A stretch of 64,000 bases of DNA from Escherichia coli (lineage in GTDB: Bacteria; Pseudomonadota; Gammaproteobacteria; Enterobacterales; Enterobacteriaceae): assembly GCF_003018255.1 (NCBI RefSeq), contig NZ_CP027440.1. One strand, 5' to 3'. This document shows positions 16,177 to 26,424 of this stretch, in pieces (the stretch's first letter is position 1; each line of letters begins with the position of its first letter). Under the pieces are notes generated by a model. It was not told the DNA's origin, searched no databases, and was given only the letters and a program-made list of their open reading frames with translations. The position numbers were made by a program, and so were the translations under genes.

Positions 16177-16517
16177 TCATCTGGTGATGAAGATTATGTT
16201 ATTGAGCTGCATAAAAAATAATCGAATGAACATATGCCAAAAATAATCACCAATCAGTATTATTGCAGATTAAACAAATAAAAATCTTTCCATAACAAAT
16301 GGTTATTCATTAATCCTGCCATAAACTCGCGTTATTATGCATTAATGCAGCGAAAAGCTCTGTTGTTAAAGGGTTGCGCAACATACCGCGCAAATGATAC
16401 TGATCATAAGCGTTAAAAAAATCTACAAACCAACGCAACACAATTCATGCCCTGGCAGTATGTCACGTTCTCGCGTTTCTGAACGGGGAACGGCGCTCCA
16501 TTGAGGAAGTTATTCTG

Positions 16518-17831
16518 ATGAAAAATATAAAATTCAGCCTGGCCTGGCAGATTCTGTTTGCTATGGTGCTGGGCATTCTCCTGGGAAGCTACCTGCACTA
16601 CCATAGCGACAGCCGCGACTGGCTGGTCGTCAATTTGCTCTCTCCGGCGGGTGATATCTTCATCCATCTGATCAAAATGATTGTTGTGCCGATTGTGATC
16701 TCCACGCTGGTGGTGGGTATCGCGGGTGTTGGTGATGCCAAACAGCTCGGGCGTATTGGCGCGAAAACCATTATTTACTTCGAGGTGATCACCACCGTCG
16801 CCATCATTTTGGGGATCACTCTGGCGAACGTCTTCCAGCCCGGTGCCGGGGTGGATATGTCGCAGCTGGCGACCGTCGATATCTCGAAATATCAGAGCAC
16901 TACGGAAGCGGTACAAAGCAGTTCCCACGGCATTATGGGCACGATTTTGTCGCTGGTGCCGACGAACATTGTGGCGTCGATGGCGAAAGGCGAAATGCTG
17001 CCGATCATCTTCTTCTCGGTGCTGTTTGGTCTGGGGCTTTCATCCCTGCCCGCGACGCATCGTGAACCGCTGGTGACCGTTTTCCGCTCCATCTCTGAAA
17101 CCATGTTTAAAGTGACTCACATGGTGATGCGTTATGCGCCGGTGGGTGTGTTTGCGCTGATTGCGGTGACGGTGGCTAACTTTGGTTTCTCGTCTCTGTG
17201 GCCACTGGCGAAACTGGTGCTGCTGGTGCATTTCGCCATTCTGTTCTTCGCGCTGGTAGTGCTGGGAATTGTGGCGCGCCTGTGCGGGTTAAGCGTCTGG
17301 ATCCTGATTCGTATTCTGAAAGATGAGCTGATTCTGGCGTACTCCACTGCCAGCTCTGAAAGCGTGCTGCCGCGAATTATTGAGAAGATGGAAGCCTACG
17401 GAGCACCGGCGTCGATCACCAGTTTCGTGGTGCCGACCGGTTACTCTTTTAACCTTGATGGTTCGACGCTGTATCAAAGTATTGCCGCTATTTTCATCGC
17501 GCAGTTGTATGGCATTGACCTGTCCATCTGGCAGGAAATCATTCTGGTGCTGACGCTGATGGTGACCTCGAAAGGGATTGCTGGCGTGCCGGGCGTGTCG
17601 TTTGTGGTGTTGCTGGCAACGCTGGGTAGCGTAGGTATTCCGCTGGAAGGTCTGGCGTTTATTGCCGGTGTTGACCGTATCCTCGACATGGCGCGTACTG
17701 CGCTGAACGTGGTGGGTAATGCGCTGGCGGTGCTGGTGATTGCCAAGTGGGAACACAAATTTGACCGTAAGAAAGCGCTGGCTTATGAGCGCGAAGTGCT
17801 GGGCAAATTTGATAAAACTGCGGATCAATAA
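16518..17831 (+). CDS. gltP: Glutamate/aspartate:proton symporter (DAACS family)
   Basis: 437-aa polytopic ORF recognised as GltP. Confidence 0.92.
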   Translation: MKNIKFSLAWQILFAMVLGILLGSYLHYHSDSRDWLVVNLLSPAGDIFIHLIKMIVVPIVISTLVVGIAGVGDAKQLGRIGAKTIIYFEVITTVAIILGITLANVFQPGAGVDMSQLATVDISKYQSTTEAVQSSSHGIMGTILSLVPTNIVASMAKGEMLPIIFFSVLFGLGLSSLPATHREPLVTVFRSISETMFKVTHMVMRYAPVGVFALIAVTVANFGFSSLWPLAKLVLLVHFAILFFALVVLGIVARLCGLSVWILIRILKDELILAYSTASSESVLPRIIEKMEAYGAPASITSFVVPTGYSFNLDGSTLYQSIAAIFIAQLYGIDLSIWQEIILVLTLMVTSKGIAGVPGVSFVVLLATLGSVGIPLEGLAFIAGVDRILDMARTALNVVGNALAVLVIAKWEHKFDRKKALAYEREVLGKFDKTADQ

Positions 17832-17871
17832 TTGAAGATTGCCGGGGATATCCACCCGGCAATATGTGGAT

Positions 17872-18247
17872 GCCTGATGCGACGCTTACCGCGTCTTATC
17901 AGGCCTACGCCAGACTGCGCAATAGCTTGATTTAGGGTGATTTTGTAGGTCGGATAAGGCGTTTACGCCGCATCCGACATCAATATCTGATGCGACGCTT
18001 GCCGCGTCTTATCAGGCCTACGCCAGACTGCGCAATAGCTTGATTTAGGGTGATTTTGTAGGTCGGATAAGGCGTTTACGCCGCATCCGACATCAATATC
18101 TGATGCGACGCTTACCGCGTCTTATCAGGCCTACGCCAGACTGCGCAATAGCCTGATTTAGCGTGATTTTGTAGGTCGGATAAGGCGTTTACGCCGCATC
18201 CGACATCAATGCCTGATGCGACGCTTACCGCGTCTTATCAGGCCTAC
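17872..18247. repeat. BIME/REP array, three full units plus one partial, 113-bp period
   Basis: CTGATGCG motif recurs at 17874, 17987, 18100, 18213 (exact 113-bp spacing); units contain REP palindromes; fills the gltP-yjcO spacer. Confidence 0.85.
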
Positions 18248-18248
18248 C

Positions 18249-18938
18249 TTAACCGTTAGTTAATTTTTCAAACTCTTCACACCCGGTATCAAACCCTTCC
18301 ATACAGCTCAGATTTAACCAGTGCAGCGCCTTTTGTTTGTTCTTCTCGATAAAACCTTCTTCACCGTTTAAGAACATCATTCCCGCCCAGTACTCGGAAT
18401 AACCGGTTCGGGAAATCGCAGAGCTGCGTTTGAAATACCAGGTTGCCTTGTCATCGTCGGCCTTAATGCCCACGCCGTTGGCGTAAATCAAACCAAGCAG
18501 CATTTGGGCATCGACGGCAGAGTCGTTCTCCAGATCTTCCGAGGCGTTTTCTAACAGCGAAATTGCCTTTGGATAATCCGGTTTACCCGCTTGCGTATTT
18601 ACCAGAATATGCGCCAGCGTTACTTCACCTTCTTTACTGCCCGCTTGCGCCGCTTTCTCTGCAAGAACTTTTGCTTGTGGATAGTCCAGACTGACCGGAT
18701 TGGTGATTTTGATCTGCGCTAACAGCGCGCAGGCATCAGCATCACCGCTGTCGGCGGCTTTCTGTGCCCAATATTCGGCTTTGCTCAAATCGCCGGAGCT
18801 AAACCAGCTGTCGGCAAGAAAATATTGTGCGCGTCGGTCCCCTGCCTCTGCTGCCTTTAAATACTGGCTGCCAGGCTCGGAGTCGTTCGCGTGGGCAAAG
18901 AATGTCAAAAACAACATCAATGCGATAATTTTTTTCAT
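18249..18938 (-). CDS. yjcO: Sel1-repeat periplasmic protein
   Basis: 229-aa ORF with signal peptide and Sel1-like repeats. Confidence 0.8.
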   Translation of the reverse strand: MKKIIALMLFLTFFAHANDSEPGSQYLKAAEAGDRRAQYFLADSWFSSGDLSKAEYWAQKAADSGDADACALLAQIKITNPVSLDYPQAKVLAEKAAQAGSKEGEVTLAHILVNTQAGKPDYPKAISLLENASEDLENDSAVDAQMLLGLIYANGVGIKADDDKATWYFKRSSAISRTGYSEYWAGMMFLNGEEGFIEKNKQKALHWLNLSCMEGFDTGCEEFEKLTNG

Positions 18939-18989
18939 TTTGATAATACGATTGGGTAGGGAGTAACCAGTATAAAGAGTTCGAATGGA

Positions 18990-19018
18990 TAAAAAAACAG
19001 CCTCCGAAAGGAGGCTGT
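18990..19018 (-). terminator. Rho-independent terminator downstream of fdhF
   Basis: Hairpin CAGCCTCC-GAAA-GGAGGCTG followed by a T-run on the minus strand. Confidence 0.6.
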
Positions 19019-19031
19019 AGAAAGGACTGTA

Positions 19032-21179
19032 TTACGCCAGTGCCGCTTCGCGCAGGCGAGTTTTCAACTTGTTGTACTCGTCAATCACGTACTGCTCGGC
19101 GGCGCGCTGATCGGCGATCGGCTCGACGCGCACGGCGCAGTATTTGTATTCCGGCGTTTTCGTAATCGGGCTTAAGTTTTCGGTCACCAGCTCGTTACAG
19201 GCACCAATCCACCACTGGTAGGTCATGTAAATCGCCCCTTTGTTCGGACGATCGCTGACCTGCGCACGGGTGATAATTTTGCCTTTACGCGAGTGCACCC
19301 AAACCAATGCCTCATCTTCAATACCCAGACGTTTGGCGTCTTCGGTATTGATTTGTGCGTAGCCAGGTTCATCAGCCAGCGCCGCCAGTGCCGCACAGTT
19401 ACCGGTCATCGAACGGCAAGAGTAGTGACCAACTTCACGCACCGTTGACAGTACCATCGGGTATTCGTCGGTGAGTTTGTCGATTGGCGCTACCCAGTCG
19501 CAGGTGAAGAACTGCGCCAGACCGTTCGGGGTATCAAACTTCTCTTTAAACAGATAAGAAGTCCCCTGATCGGCATCTGAAGTATCGCGGCAAGGCCACT
19601 GAATGAAGCCCAGTTCGCCCATTTTCTCGTAAGTCGCACCGTAGAAATCCGGGCACAGATGACGCAACTCGTCCCAGATCTCCTGGGTGTTGTTGTAGTG
19701 CATCGGATAACCCATACGAGTGGCAATTTCACTGATGATTTGCCAGTCCGTTTTCAGATCCCACTTCGGCTCAACCGCCTTGAAGAAACGCTGGAAGCCA
19801 CGGTCAGCCGCAGTAAACACGCCTTCATGCTCGCCCCACGACGTTGACGGTAAAATGACATCCGCCGCCGACGCGGTTTTGGTCATAAAGATGTCCTGAA
19901 CGATAACCAGTTCCAGATCTTCAAAGGCTTTACGTACTGCCGACAGTTCCGCGTCAGTTTGCAGCGGATCTTCGCCCATAATGTACGCCGCTCTCACTTC
20001 ACCATGCGCCACGCGGTGCGGCAGCTCGCTGATGCGATAGCCGGTATGAGCAGGCAGGCTTTCCACGCCCCAGGCTTTGGCGAATTTCTCGCGGTTAGCC
20101 GGATCTTTCACGTACTGATAGCCCGGATACGTATCCGGCAGCGCGCCCATATCGCAGGCACCCTGCACGTTGTTCTGACCACGAACCGGGTTTACACCCG
20201 CATGTGGCTTACCGAGGTTACCGGTCAGCATCGCGAGGCTGGTCAGAGAACGCACGGTTTCCACGCCCTGATAGAACTGGGTTACCCCCATGCCCCACAG
20301 GATGGCGGCGCTTTCTGCCTGGGCATACATCCGCGCCGCCTGACGAATCTCACTGGCGCTGACGCCGGTGATATCTTCAACCGACTCCGGCGTGTAGCCT
20401 TCAACGATTTTACGATACTCTTCAAAGCCTTCTGTACGGGAAGCGACGAACGCTTTGTCGTACAGATTTTCTTCAATAATGACATGGCCCATCGCATTCA
20501 ACAGCGCGATGTTCGAGCCGTTTTTCAATGCAATGTGCATGTCAGCAATGCGCGCGGTTTCAATTTTACGCGGATCGCAGACGATAATTTTCGCCCCGTT
20601 ACGTTTAGCGTTAATTACGTGATTCGCCACGATTGGGTGGGAATCCGCCGGGTTATACCCGAAAACGAACACTAAATCGGTATTATCAATTTCGTTAATA
20701 GCATTGCTCATTGCGCCATTACCGACCGATTGGTGCAGACCTGCAACCGATGGGCCGTGTCAGACACGAGCGCAGCAGTCAACGTTATTGGTACCAATAA
20801 CGGCGCGCGCAAATTTTTGCATTACATAGTTGGTTTCGTTACCCGTACCGCGCGAGGAGCCGGTCGTCTGGATGGCATCCGGACCGTACTTCTCTTTGAT
20901 GGCGCTCAGGCGCTCGGCAACGTAATTCAGTGCCTCATCCCAGGAAACAGGTTCGAGTTTGCCGCCACGCTGGCGACGGATCATGGGGGTTTTCAGGCGC
21001 GGGGTCAGGATCTGGGTATCGTTAATGAAGTCCCAGCCATAATAACCCTTCAGACACAGGGTACCCTGGTTGGTTTTCCCCTGCGCTGCCTCCGCCCGGA
21101 CGATTTTGCCGTTATCGACGACCAGGTTGATTTTGCAACCTGATGCGCAATAGGGGCAAACCGTGACGACTTTTTTCAT
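19032..21179 (-). CDS. fdhF: Formate dehydrogenase H, selenocysteine-containing (UGA recoded)
   Basis: 139-aa and 559-aa track ORFs are in frame across a single TGA at 20757..20759 (..CCARV-U-HGPSVAG..); total 715 codons; N-terminal CPYCASGC cluster. Confidence 0.92.
20715..20756 (-). other. SECIS hairpin immediately 3' of the fdhF UGA codon
   Basis: Sequence CACGGCCCATCGGTTGCAGGTCTGCACCAATCGGTCGG directly after the in-frame UGA can form the stem-loop expected for bacterial Sec insertion. Confidence 0.7.
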
Positions 21180-21230
21180 CGGTCTCGCTCCAGTTAATCA
21201 AATCACGCATACGCGCTCTCGACTACAGTA

Positions 21231-21246
21231 TGCATCTTTTATGCCA
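21231..21246 (-). promoter_or_regulatory. Sigma-54 (-24/-12) promoter of fdhF
   Basis: Minus-strand TGGCATAAAAGATGCA matches the TGGCAC-N5-TTGCA spacing (GG and GC 10 nt apart), ~50 bp upstream of the fdhF ATG. Confidence 0.6.
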
Positions 21247-21376
21247 CATTTTATTTGGGGTCATTCCCTGATATTACGGGCACTATTTATTCAAAACTCT
21301 GACGAAAAACAGGCTGTCGTCAGTTTTGACGTGACGAAACGAAATACCGCGTGACAGCCATCACGCGGTAGACATT

Positions 21377-22843
21377 TTATTTTTTCTCGACGATGGGAGC
21401 TGCCTGATACCCGCCGCCCAGCGATTTCATCAACTGAATGCTTTGGATCACCCGGCGGCTGTCCAGCATCAGTAATGACATCTCTTCGGCAAGCACTGGC
21501 AACCGGGCTTCGGTGGCCTGTAAGCGGCTGGTTAAGCCGCGCTGATAGGCGGCCTCGGCTGCGCGCTGGGCGAAGCGCGTTGCTTCCACGCGTTCCGCCT
21601 GCATCTCTCGCTCGTCGTTGAGGGTTTGCAGACGTGTGCCGTTGACGGCAATGTCACGCACCGCGTTCAATACTGACTGGTTGTAACGTTCAATCATCAT
21701 GTTGCTGGCGGTGCGAGTGCCTTCGAGATTGGCATTCAACCGTCCACCGTCAAACAGCGGCAATTTCAGACCCGGGATGAAGTTGAACTGGCGACTGGTT
21801 TTTTTGAATAAGGTATCCAGGTGGATGGAGTCCAGACCGAAAAACGCTTTGATATCAAAGCTCGGGTAGAACAGCGCCCGCGCGGAATCCACCTGATCTA
21901 ATGACGCCTGAACATACCAGCGCATGGCTTGCAGATCCGGGCGTCTGGCGAGCAACTCATAAGAGAGCGTTGCCGGAATGCCGGTCTGTACTCGTGGTAA
22001 TGCCACCGGTTTGATCTCCGGCATATCGCTGGCTCCCGCGCCAATCAATGCACGCAGAGATTCTCGCGTTTCAGTGATTTGCCCTTTGACGGCAGCAATT
22101 TGTTTATCGACCGCCAGAATCTGTGCCCGCGCGCCGTGGAAAGGCACTTGCGCTTCCAGACCGTGCGCCACTTTACTCTGGTGCGCTTTCACCGCGTAAT
22201 CAATCACATCGCGAGTTTGTTCTAACAGATCGAGCATCTGATAGCTGGCCTGCATACTGTAATAAAGCTGCGCTACGCCCGTGGTCAGCGATAGCTCTAC
22301 TGCTGCGGTTTCTGCCAGCGCGGCATTATGCGCGCCAATGGCGGCAGCAACCGCTGAGCGATGCACACCCCACAAATCGAGATCCAGTCCGGCAAACAAA
22401 CCGACTGTGGCTTCCGTATAGTACGGCCCGTCCATACCCAGTGCTGGCGCATCCATCGCATAAGGGCTTAAAAAGCCGTTCGCCGAGACGCGTTGGCGGT
22501 TGAGCATCCCTAACGCTGCGACCTGTAATTGTGAACCGGCATCTAACAAATCGGCCTGGGACTGCGCTTTTTCTTCCCGCAGTTTCGCTTCGGCGAGGGT
22601 GTGTGAACCACTTAGCGTCCGTTGGATCAGCGCATCCAGCTGCGGGTCATTGAGTTGTTTCCACCACTGCGCCTGCGGCCAGCCGGAGCTGGCAAGATGA
22701 ATATCATCGGCCAGTTTGATTTGTTCCGGTTTGAGCTGTTGATGAGGCGCAGAATCCTTACGTACCAGGGCACAGCCGGAAATCAGCGTCGTGCTGCCGA
22801 GAATGCTGCACAACAGCAGGCGTGAAAGTTGACGATTGATCAT
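21377..22843 (-). CDS. mdtP: Outer-membrane efflux lipoprotein (TolC-like OMF)
   Basis: 488-aa ORF with lipobox (LISGCA); overlaps the mdtO stop. Confidence 0.88.
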   Translation of the reverse strand: MINRQLSRLLLCSILGSTTLISGCALVRKDSAPHQQLKPEQIKLADDIHLASSGWPQAQWWKQLNDPQLDALIQRTLSGSHTLAEAKLREEKAQSQADLLDAGSQLQVAALGMLNRQRVSANGFLSPYAMDAPALGMDGPYYTEATVGLFAGLDLDLWGVHRSAVAAAIGAHNAALAETAAVELSLTTGVAQLYYSMQASYQMLDLLEQTRDVIDYAVKAHQSKVAHGLEAQVPFHGARAQILAVDKQIAAVKGQITETRESLRALIGAGASDMPEIKPVALPRVQTGIPATLSYELLARRPDLQAMRWYVQASLDQVDSARALFYPSFDIKAFFGLDSIHLDTLFKKTSRQFNFIPGLKLPLFDGGRLNANLEGTRTASNMMIERYNQSVLNAVRDIAVNGTRLQTLNDEREMQAERVEATRFAQRAAEAAYQRGLTSRLQATEARLPVLAEEMSLLMLDSRRVIQSIQLMKSLGGGYQAAPIVEKK

Positions 22844-24891
22844 TGCGTGGCTCCTTGTGCCTGTTCCGTGGCGGGCGTTAATGCCGGGGCTGTCCAGTCT
22901 GGCAAGCGGGCGAAAAGCTGGCAGACGTGTTGCTCCTGTTTTAATAAGGTCGGCAGGATGGCCTGCGAGGCGGGTGTTTCTTCAAGCGTTATTTGAGGAG
23001 AATGACTGAGTGCGGTAGCTACACCGGCGGCGTATTTCTCCAGGGCGTCGGCAAACTGACCTGCTCTGTCCGGCTGTAGTGCGTTATCCAGCGCCTGCGC
23101 CGAGTTCCAGGTAACATCCCAGGCGTGAAGAATATCGCGGCCCTGACGAATAACCGTTTGCGAACGTTCAATCAGTAATGCGCGTTCTTCGCTGTCCAGT
23201 TGACGCTCCAGCACCACGCGTTGGCACATCTCTTCACAGGCATTAAACGCCGCATGCAGACCTATGCGAATTTGCAGATAAGTGCGCAGAGCCGTGACTT
23301 CCTGCTGGCGTGGGATCCGCATTACTTTACTCAACATACCCAGCGCGCCAGCCAGTTTTTGCGGCAGCGTGCGCGCTTCGCTTTCAGGCCAGACAAAGGT
23401 GTAAATCACCGCCGACACCACGGTACCAATGATGATACCCAGAGCGCGATCGCGAATTTCCACCAGGTCGTACACCGGGCCAAAAACGTTTTCGAGCGTG
23501 GCGAGCGCGAAGGTGACCACCATCTGTGTGCCGATATAAGAAGAGCGTTCAGAGCTGGTGGCAATCCATGCGCCCAACAGGAAAATCGGTGCCAGCACAA
23601 ACAGCAATTCGACAATATTGTCCAGCCAGGGCATGACCAATAACGTGAATAACAGCGCCAGAATCGCGCCGCAAAAGGCCCCGCCAAAACGCAGCACCAT
23701 CTTCTGGTACGACGAACCGACATTGGGATTAGCGACGATCACGCAGGTCAGCATACAGGTGTGAATGCCTTCCCAGTCCACGCCGCTGTAGAAGGTGTAA
23801 CAGATCAAACAGGCGAGCAGCGTTTTTACCGCGTAGCGCATATAGTCTGGATTGGTAAAAGCGTCGGCGACCATTGATGGCGGTTTGGTGGCGGGCGTTG
23901 GCGGCGTATTCGGGTCCATCTGACCCAGTTGCAATAACGTCTGGCAGATATTCTCCAGGTTACATTCCCGTGCCGCCATCGCTTCACTTTCAGTGATCCG
24001 CCAGTCGCTTTGCCAGCACTGACCTTCGGCAATGGCATGCTGCAGCTTGTTGATTTCTGAGGCTAATTTTTGCCGAAATTCAATAATTGCCTGAGAATCA
24101 GCAAAAGAGGTGGGATCGTAGCGATTCAGCGTCGAGTAAATGTAGGTTACCGTTGCCACGCAGCTTTGCCACCATGCGCTCTGAGTTCGCCAGTTGGCAT
24201 CGTCCGCGAGGCAAAAGACATTGAGTTTTTGCAGCGCCAGCGCCTCTCTTTCAATCCGCGTTTCGGGTAGCGGTGCGAGGCTGTCCGTCAGGTGGCTAAT
24301 GGCATCATCAAGCCGATCATTAAGCGCCTGATGCATCTGCGTGATAGCGCGGCTGGGAAACCACAGCACGCCGATTAACGTCATCAGCAAGGTTGGATAG
24401 AGGCCGACAACGATACACCACAGGGTTAAGCGCACGACCACTTCCGGATAGTCGAGCATGGCGGGGAAGGTTTGCCCGTAAATAGCGACTATGGCGACGG
24501 CGAAAAAGACCAGCCCCAACCGATGGGTGCGCATCAAAAACATACAGCCCATCAGGATCGGTCCGGCGATGATCAATCGGATCAACGGTTCGCCGTATGA
24601 CCATTTGTAGATCAAAAACAGGCTGCCGATCTCCAGCACCGTGGCAACCACAAACAAGATCGCGACAAATTTGGTGTAAAACGCGTTCGACTGAATACCG
24701 TAAAACAGCACTGCCAGCGATAACGCCACAAAAGGGATCTCAAAGGTCATCGAGATCAGAATTACCAGCAGGCAGCCTACCCAGAGTTGCACGGTCTGCG
24801 GCACGCGACCTGGCCGCCGCTCGCTTAACTCTTCATGAAAGAACGCCAGCAGCCTGACCACCGGTAATGGCAGGGAGTTGAGCGCGCTCAT
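22840..24891 (-). CDS. mdtO: Inner-membrane efflux component (FUSC/PET family)
   Basis: 683-aa ORF with N- and C-terminal hydrophobic blocks; overlaps the mdtN stop. Confidence 0.88.
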   Translation of the reverse strand: MSALNSLPLPVVRLLAFFHEELSERRPGRVPQTVQLWVGCLLVILISMTFEIPFVALSLAVLFYGIQSNAFYTKFVAILFVVATVLEIGSLFLIYKWSYGEPLIRLIIAGPILMGCMFLMRTHRLGLVFFAVAIVAIYGQTFPAMLDYPEVVVRLTLWCIVVGLYPTLLMTLIGVLWFPSRAITQMHQALNDRLDDAISHLTDSLAPLPETRIEREALALQKLNVFCLADDANWRTQSAWWQSCVATVTYIYSTLNRYDPTSFADSQAIIEFRQKLASEINKLQHAIAEGQCWQSDWRITESEAMAARECNLENICQTLLQLGQMDPNTPPTPATKPPSMVADAFTNPDYMRYAVKTLLACLICYTFYSGVDWEGIHTCMLTCVIVANPNVGSSYQKMVLRFGGAFCGAILALLFTLLVMPWLDNIVELLFVLAPIFLLGAWIATSSERSSYIGTQMVVTFALATLENVFGPVYDLVEIRDRALGIIIGTVVSAVIYTFVWPESEARTLPQKLAGALGMLSKVMRIPRQQEVTALRTYLQIRIGLHAAFNACEEMCQRVVLERQLDSEERALLIERSQTVIRQGRDILHAWDVTWNSAQALDNALQPDRAGQFADALEKYAAGVATALSHSPQITLEETPASQAILPTLLKQEQHVCQLFARLPDWTAPALTPATEQAQGATQ

Positions 24892-25922
24892 TATTGCGGC
24901 TCAAGATTAGCGACTGCCGAAGCGCCGATGCGGAACATTTCCGGGTCAGGTTTATCGACCATGATTTTGACCGGAAAACGCTGGGCAACGCGGACCCAGT
25001 TAATAGAACGAGACACTTTCGGCAGGCCGCCCAGCACCAGGCCGCCGTCATCCGGTAGCACGCCGTAGCCAATCGAATCCACTTTACCCTCGAAGGTTTT
25101 GCCGCTGTCGCTCATCAGGCGAATGGTTGCGGGTGTACCTGAGCGAATATTTTTCAGATCGGTTTCGCGGAAGTTGGCGATCACGTACCAGTGACGAGTG
25201 TCGATTAGGGTAAAAATAGGGCGCATGGCAGAAGCAAATTGCCCGACGGAGGTTTTGAGGGAAATGACCCGGCCATCAAACGGCGCGCGAACGGTCGCCA
25301 TTTCCAGATGCAGTTTGGTCAGGGCAATATCCGCTTCGACCGCCGCACGTTGCGCCACCAGCGCATCGATGCCGCTGACGGCGCTGGCGGCTGACTGCGC
25401 CTGTAACAATACGGCATTAAGATCCGCTTCTGCGGCGCGCTGCGCAGTTCTTGCACGGTCAACGTCTTCCGCTGAGACAAAACCTTCTTTCAGTAATGGC
25501 TCGGTGCGGCGTAATGTATCTGTGGCCTGTTTCGCGGCGGCACGGGCTTTTTCTACCGTGGCATTAACCGAGTCGGCACCAAACTGTTGCGCGTCAACGC
25601 TACGCTGGGTGAGCATAATTTGCTTATCCAGCGCCGCGAGGGAGGCTTCGGCTTTCGCCAGATTGGCTTCGTATGGGCGTGGGTCGATGCGGAATAGCAA
25701 ATCACCCTGTTTCACCGCCTGGTTGTCGGTGACCGCCAGTTCTACAATGCGACCGCTGACTTCCGGCACCACATCAATGGTATCTGCTGACGCGTAAGCG
25801 TCATTAGTTGATGGCGCACTGTCTACGCGCCAGATAACGAAAACAAGGGCAACCAGCGCCAACGCAACCACTAACAGAGCAGGGAATTTACTGCGAGGAG
25901 CTTTTTTCGGCGTACTTTCCAT
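24891..25922 (-). CDS. mdtN: Membrane fusion protein (HlyD family)
   Basis: 343-aa ORF with N-terminal anchor and coiled-coil region. Confidence 0.88.
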   Translation of the reverse strand: MESTPKKAPRSKFPALLVVALALVALVFVIWRVDSAPSTNDAYASADTIDVVPEVSGRIVELAVTDNQAVKQGDLLFRIDPRPYEANLAKAEASLAALDKQIMLTQRSVDAQQFGADSVNATVEKARAAAKQATDTLRRTEPLLKEGFVSAEDVDRARTAQRAAEADLNAVLLQAQSAASAVSGIDALVAQRAAVEADIALTKLHLEMATVRAPFDGRVISLKTSVGQFASAMRPIFTLIDTRHWYVIANFRETDLKNIRSGTPATIRLMSDSGKTFEGKVDSIGYGVLPDDGGLVLGGLPKVSRSINWVRVAQRFPVKIMVDKPDPEMFRIGASAVANLEPQ

Positions 25923-25940
25923 GAGCGCGTCTCAAATAGA

Positions 25941-26216
25941 TTAGAAAAATGCCAGCCAGAACAGCATGGCGTAGAGAGCAAAAAGGGCGGTATAAATAAT
26001 TCCGACAAATGCCAGATTGATATTTGCCCGCTGAATAATTCGCCTCGTGATGAGCGTCAAAATAAGGCTGGCAATGGCGCAGAAAAACCAGCCGGGATAA
26101 TAAGCGCCGATCACCGGGATTGCCGGAGATAATGAGCATCCCGAAACCATGAAGACGGGAATTATCCAGGCTGTTTTTTTGAGTTGCATCGCCATGCGAG
26201 AGAGAACTGTTGGCAT
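25941..26216 (-). CDS. ytcA: Small lipoprotein/membrane protein upstream of mdtN
   Basis: 91 codons from MPTVLSRMAMQ; lipobox-like VSGCS and hydrophobic C-terminus. Confidence 0.7.
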   Translation of the reverse strand: MPTVLSRMAMQLKKTAWIIPVFMVSGCSLSPAIPVIGAYYPGWFFCAIASLILTLITRRIIQRANINLAFVGIIYTALFALYAMLFWLAFF

Positions 26217-26387
26217 ATTAAATACATCCTGTCTGCTGCGAACAATATCTGTAGTGAATATCAATATCCATTGAAGGCGTCAGTATGGCTATTTTCTCGA
26301 TGAATAAAAATAGATTTATTCAGCCACCGCATTCATAACTTATATGTTTTATGTATTAATTTGTTGTATATATTTTTAAAATAAATG

Positions 26388-26418
26388 CTTTTGGGGGCTT
26401 AAGCGCCCCCAAAAGTGA
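26388..26418. terminator. Hairpin terminator downstream of yjcS
   Basis: TTTTGGGGGC-TTAA-GCGCCCCCAAAAG perfect stem with flanking T/A runs. Confidence 0.6.
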
Positions 26419-26424
26419 GTAGCA

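Noticed and set aside
17872-18247. Regularly spaced repeats that could be mistaken for a CRISPR array (also 7150..7416)
   Set aside because: The units are contiguous 91-113-bp REP/BIME elements with internal palindromes and no unique spacers, and there are no cas genes in the window.
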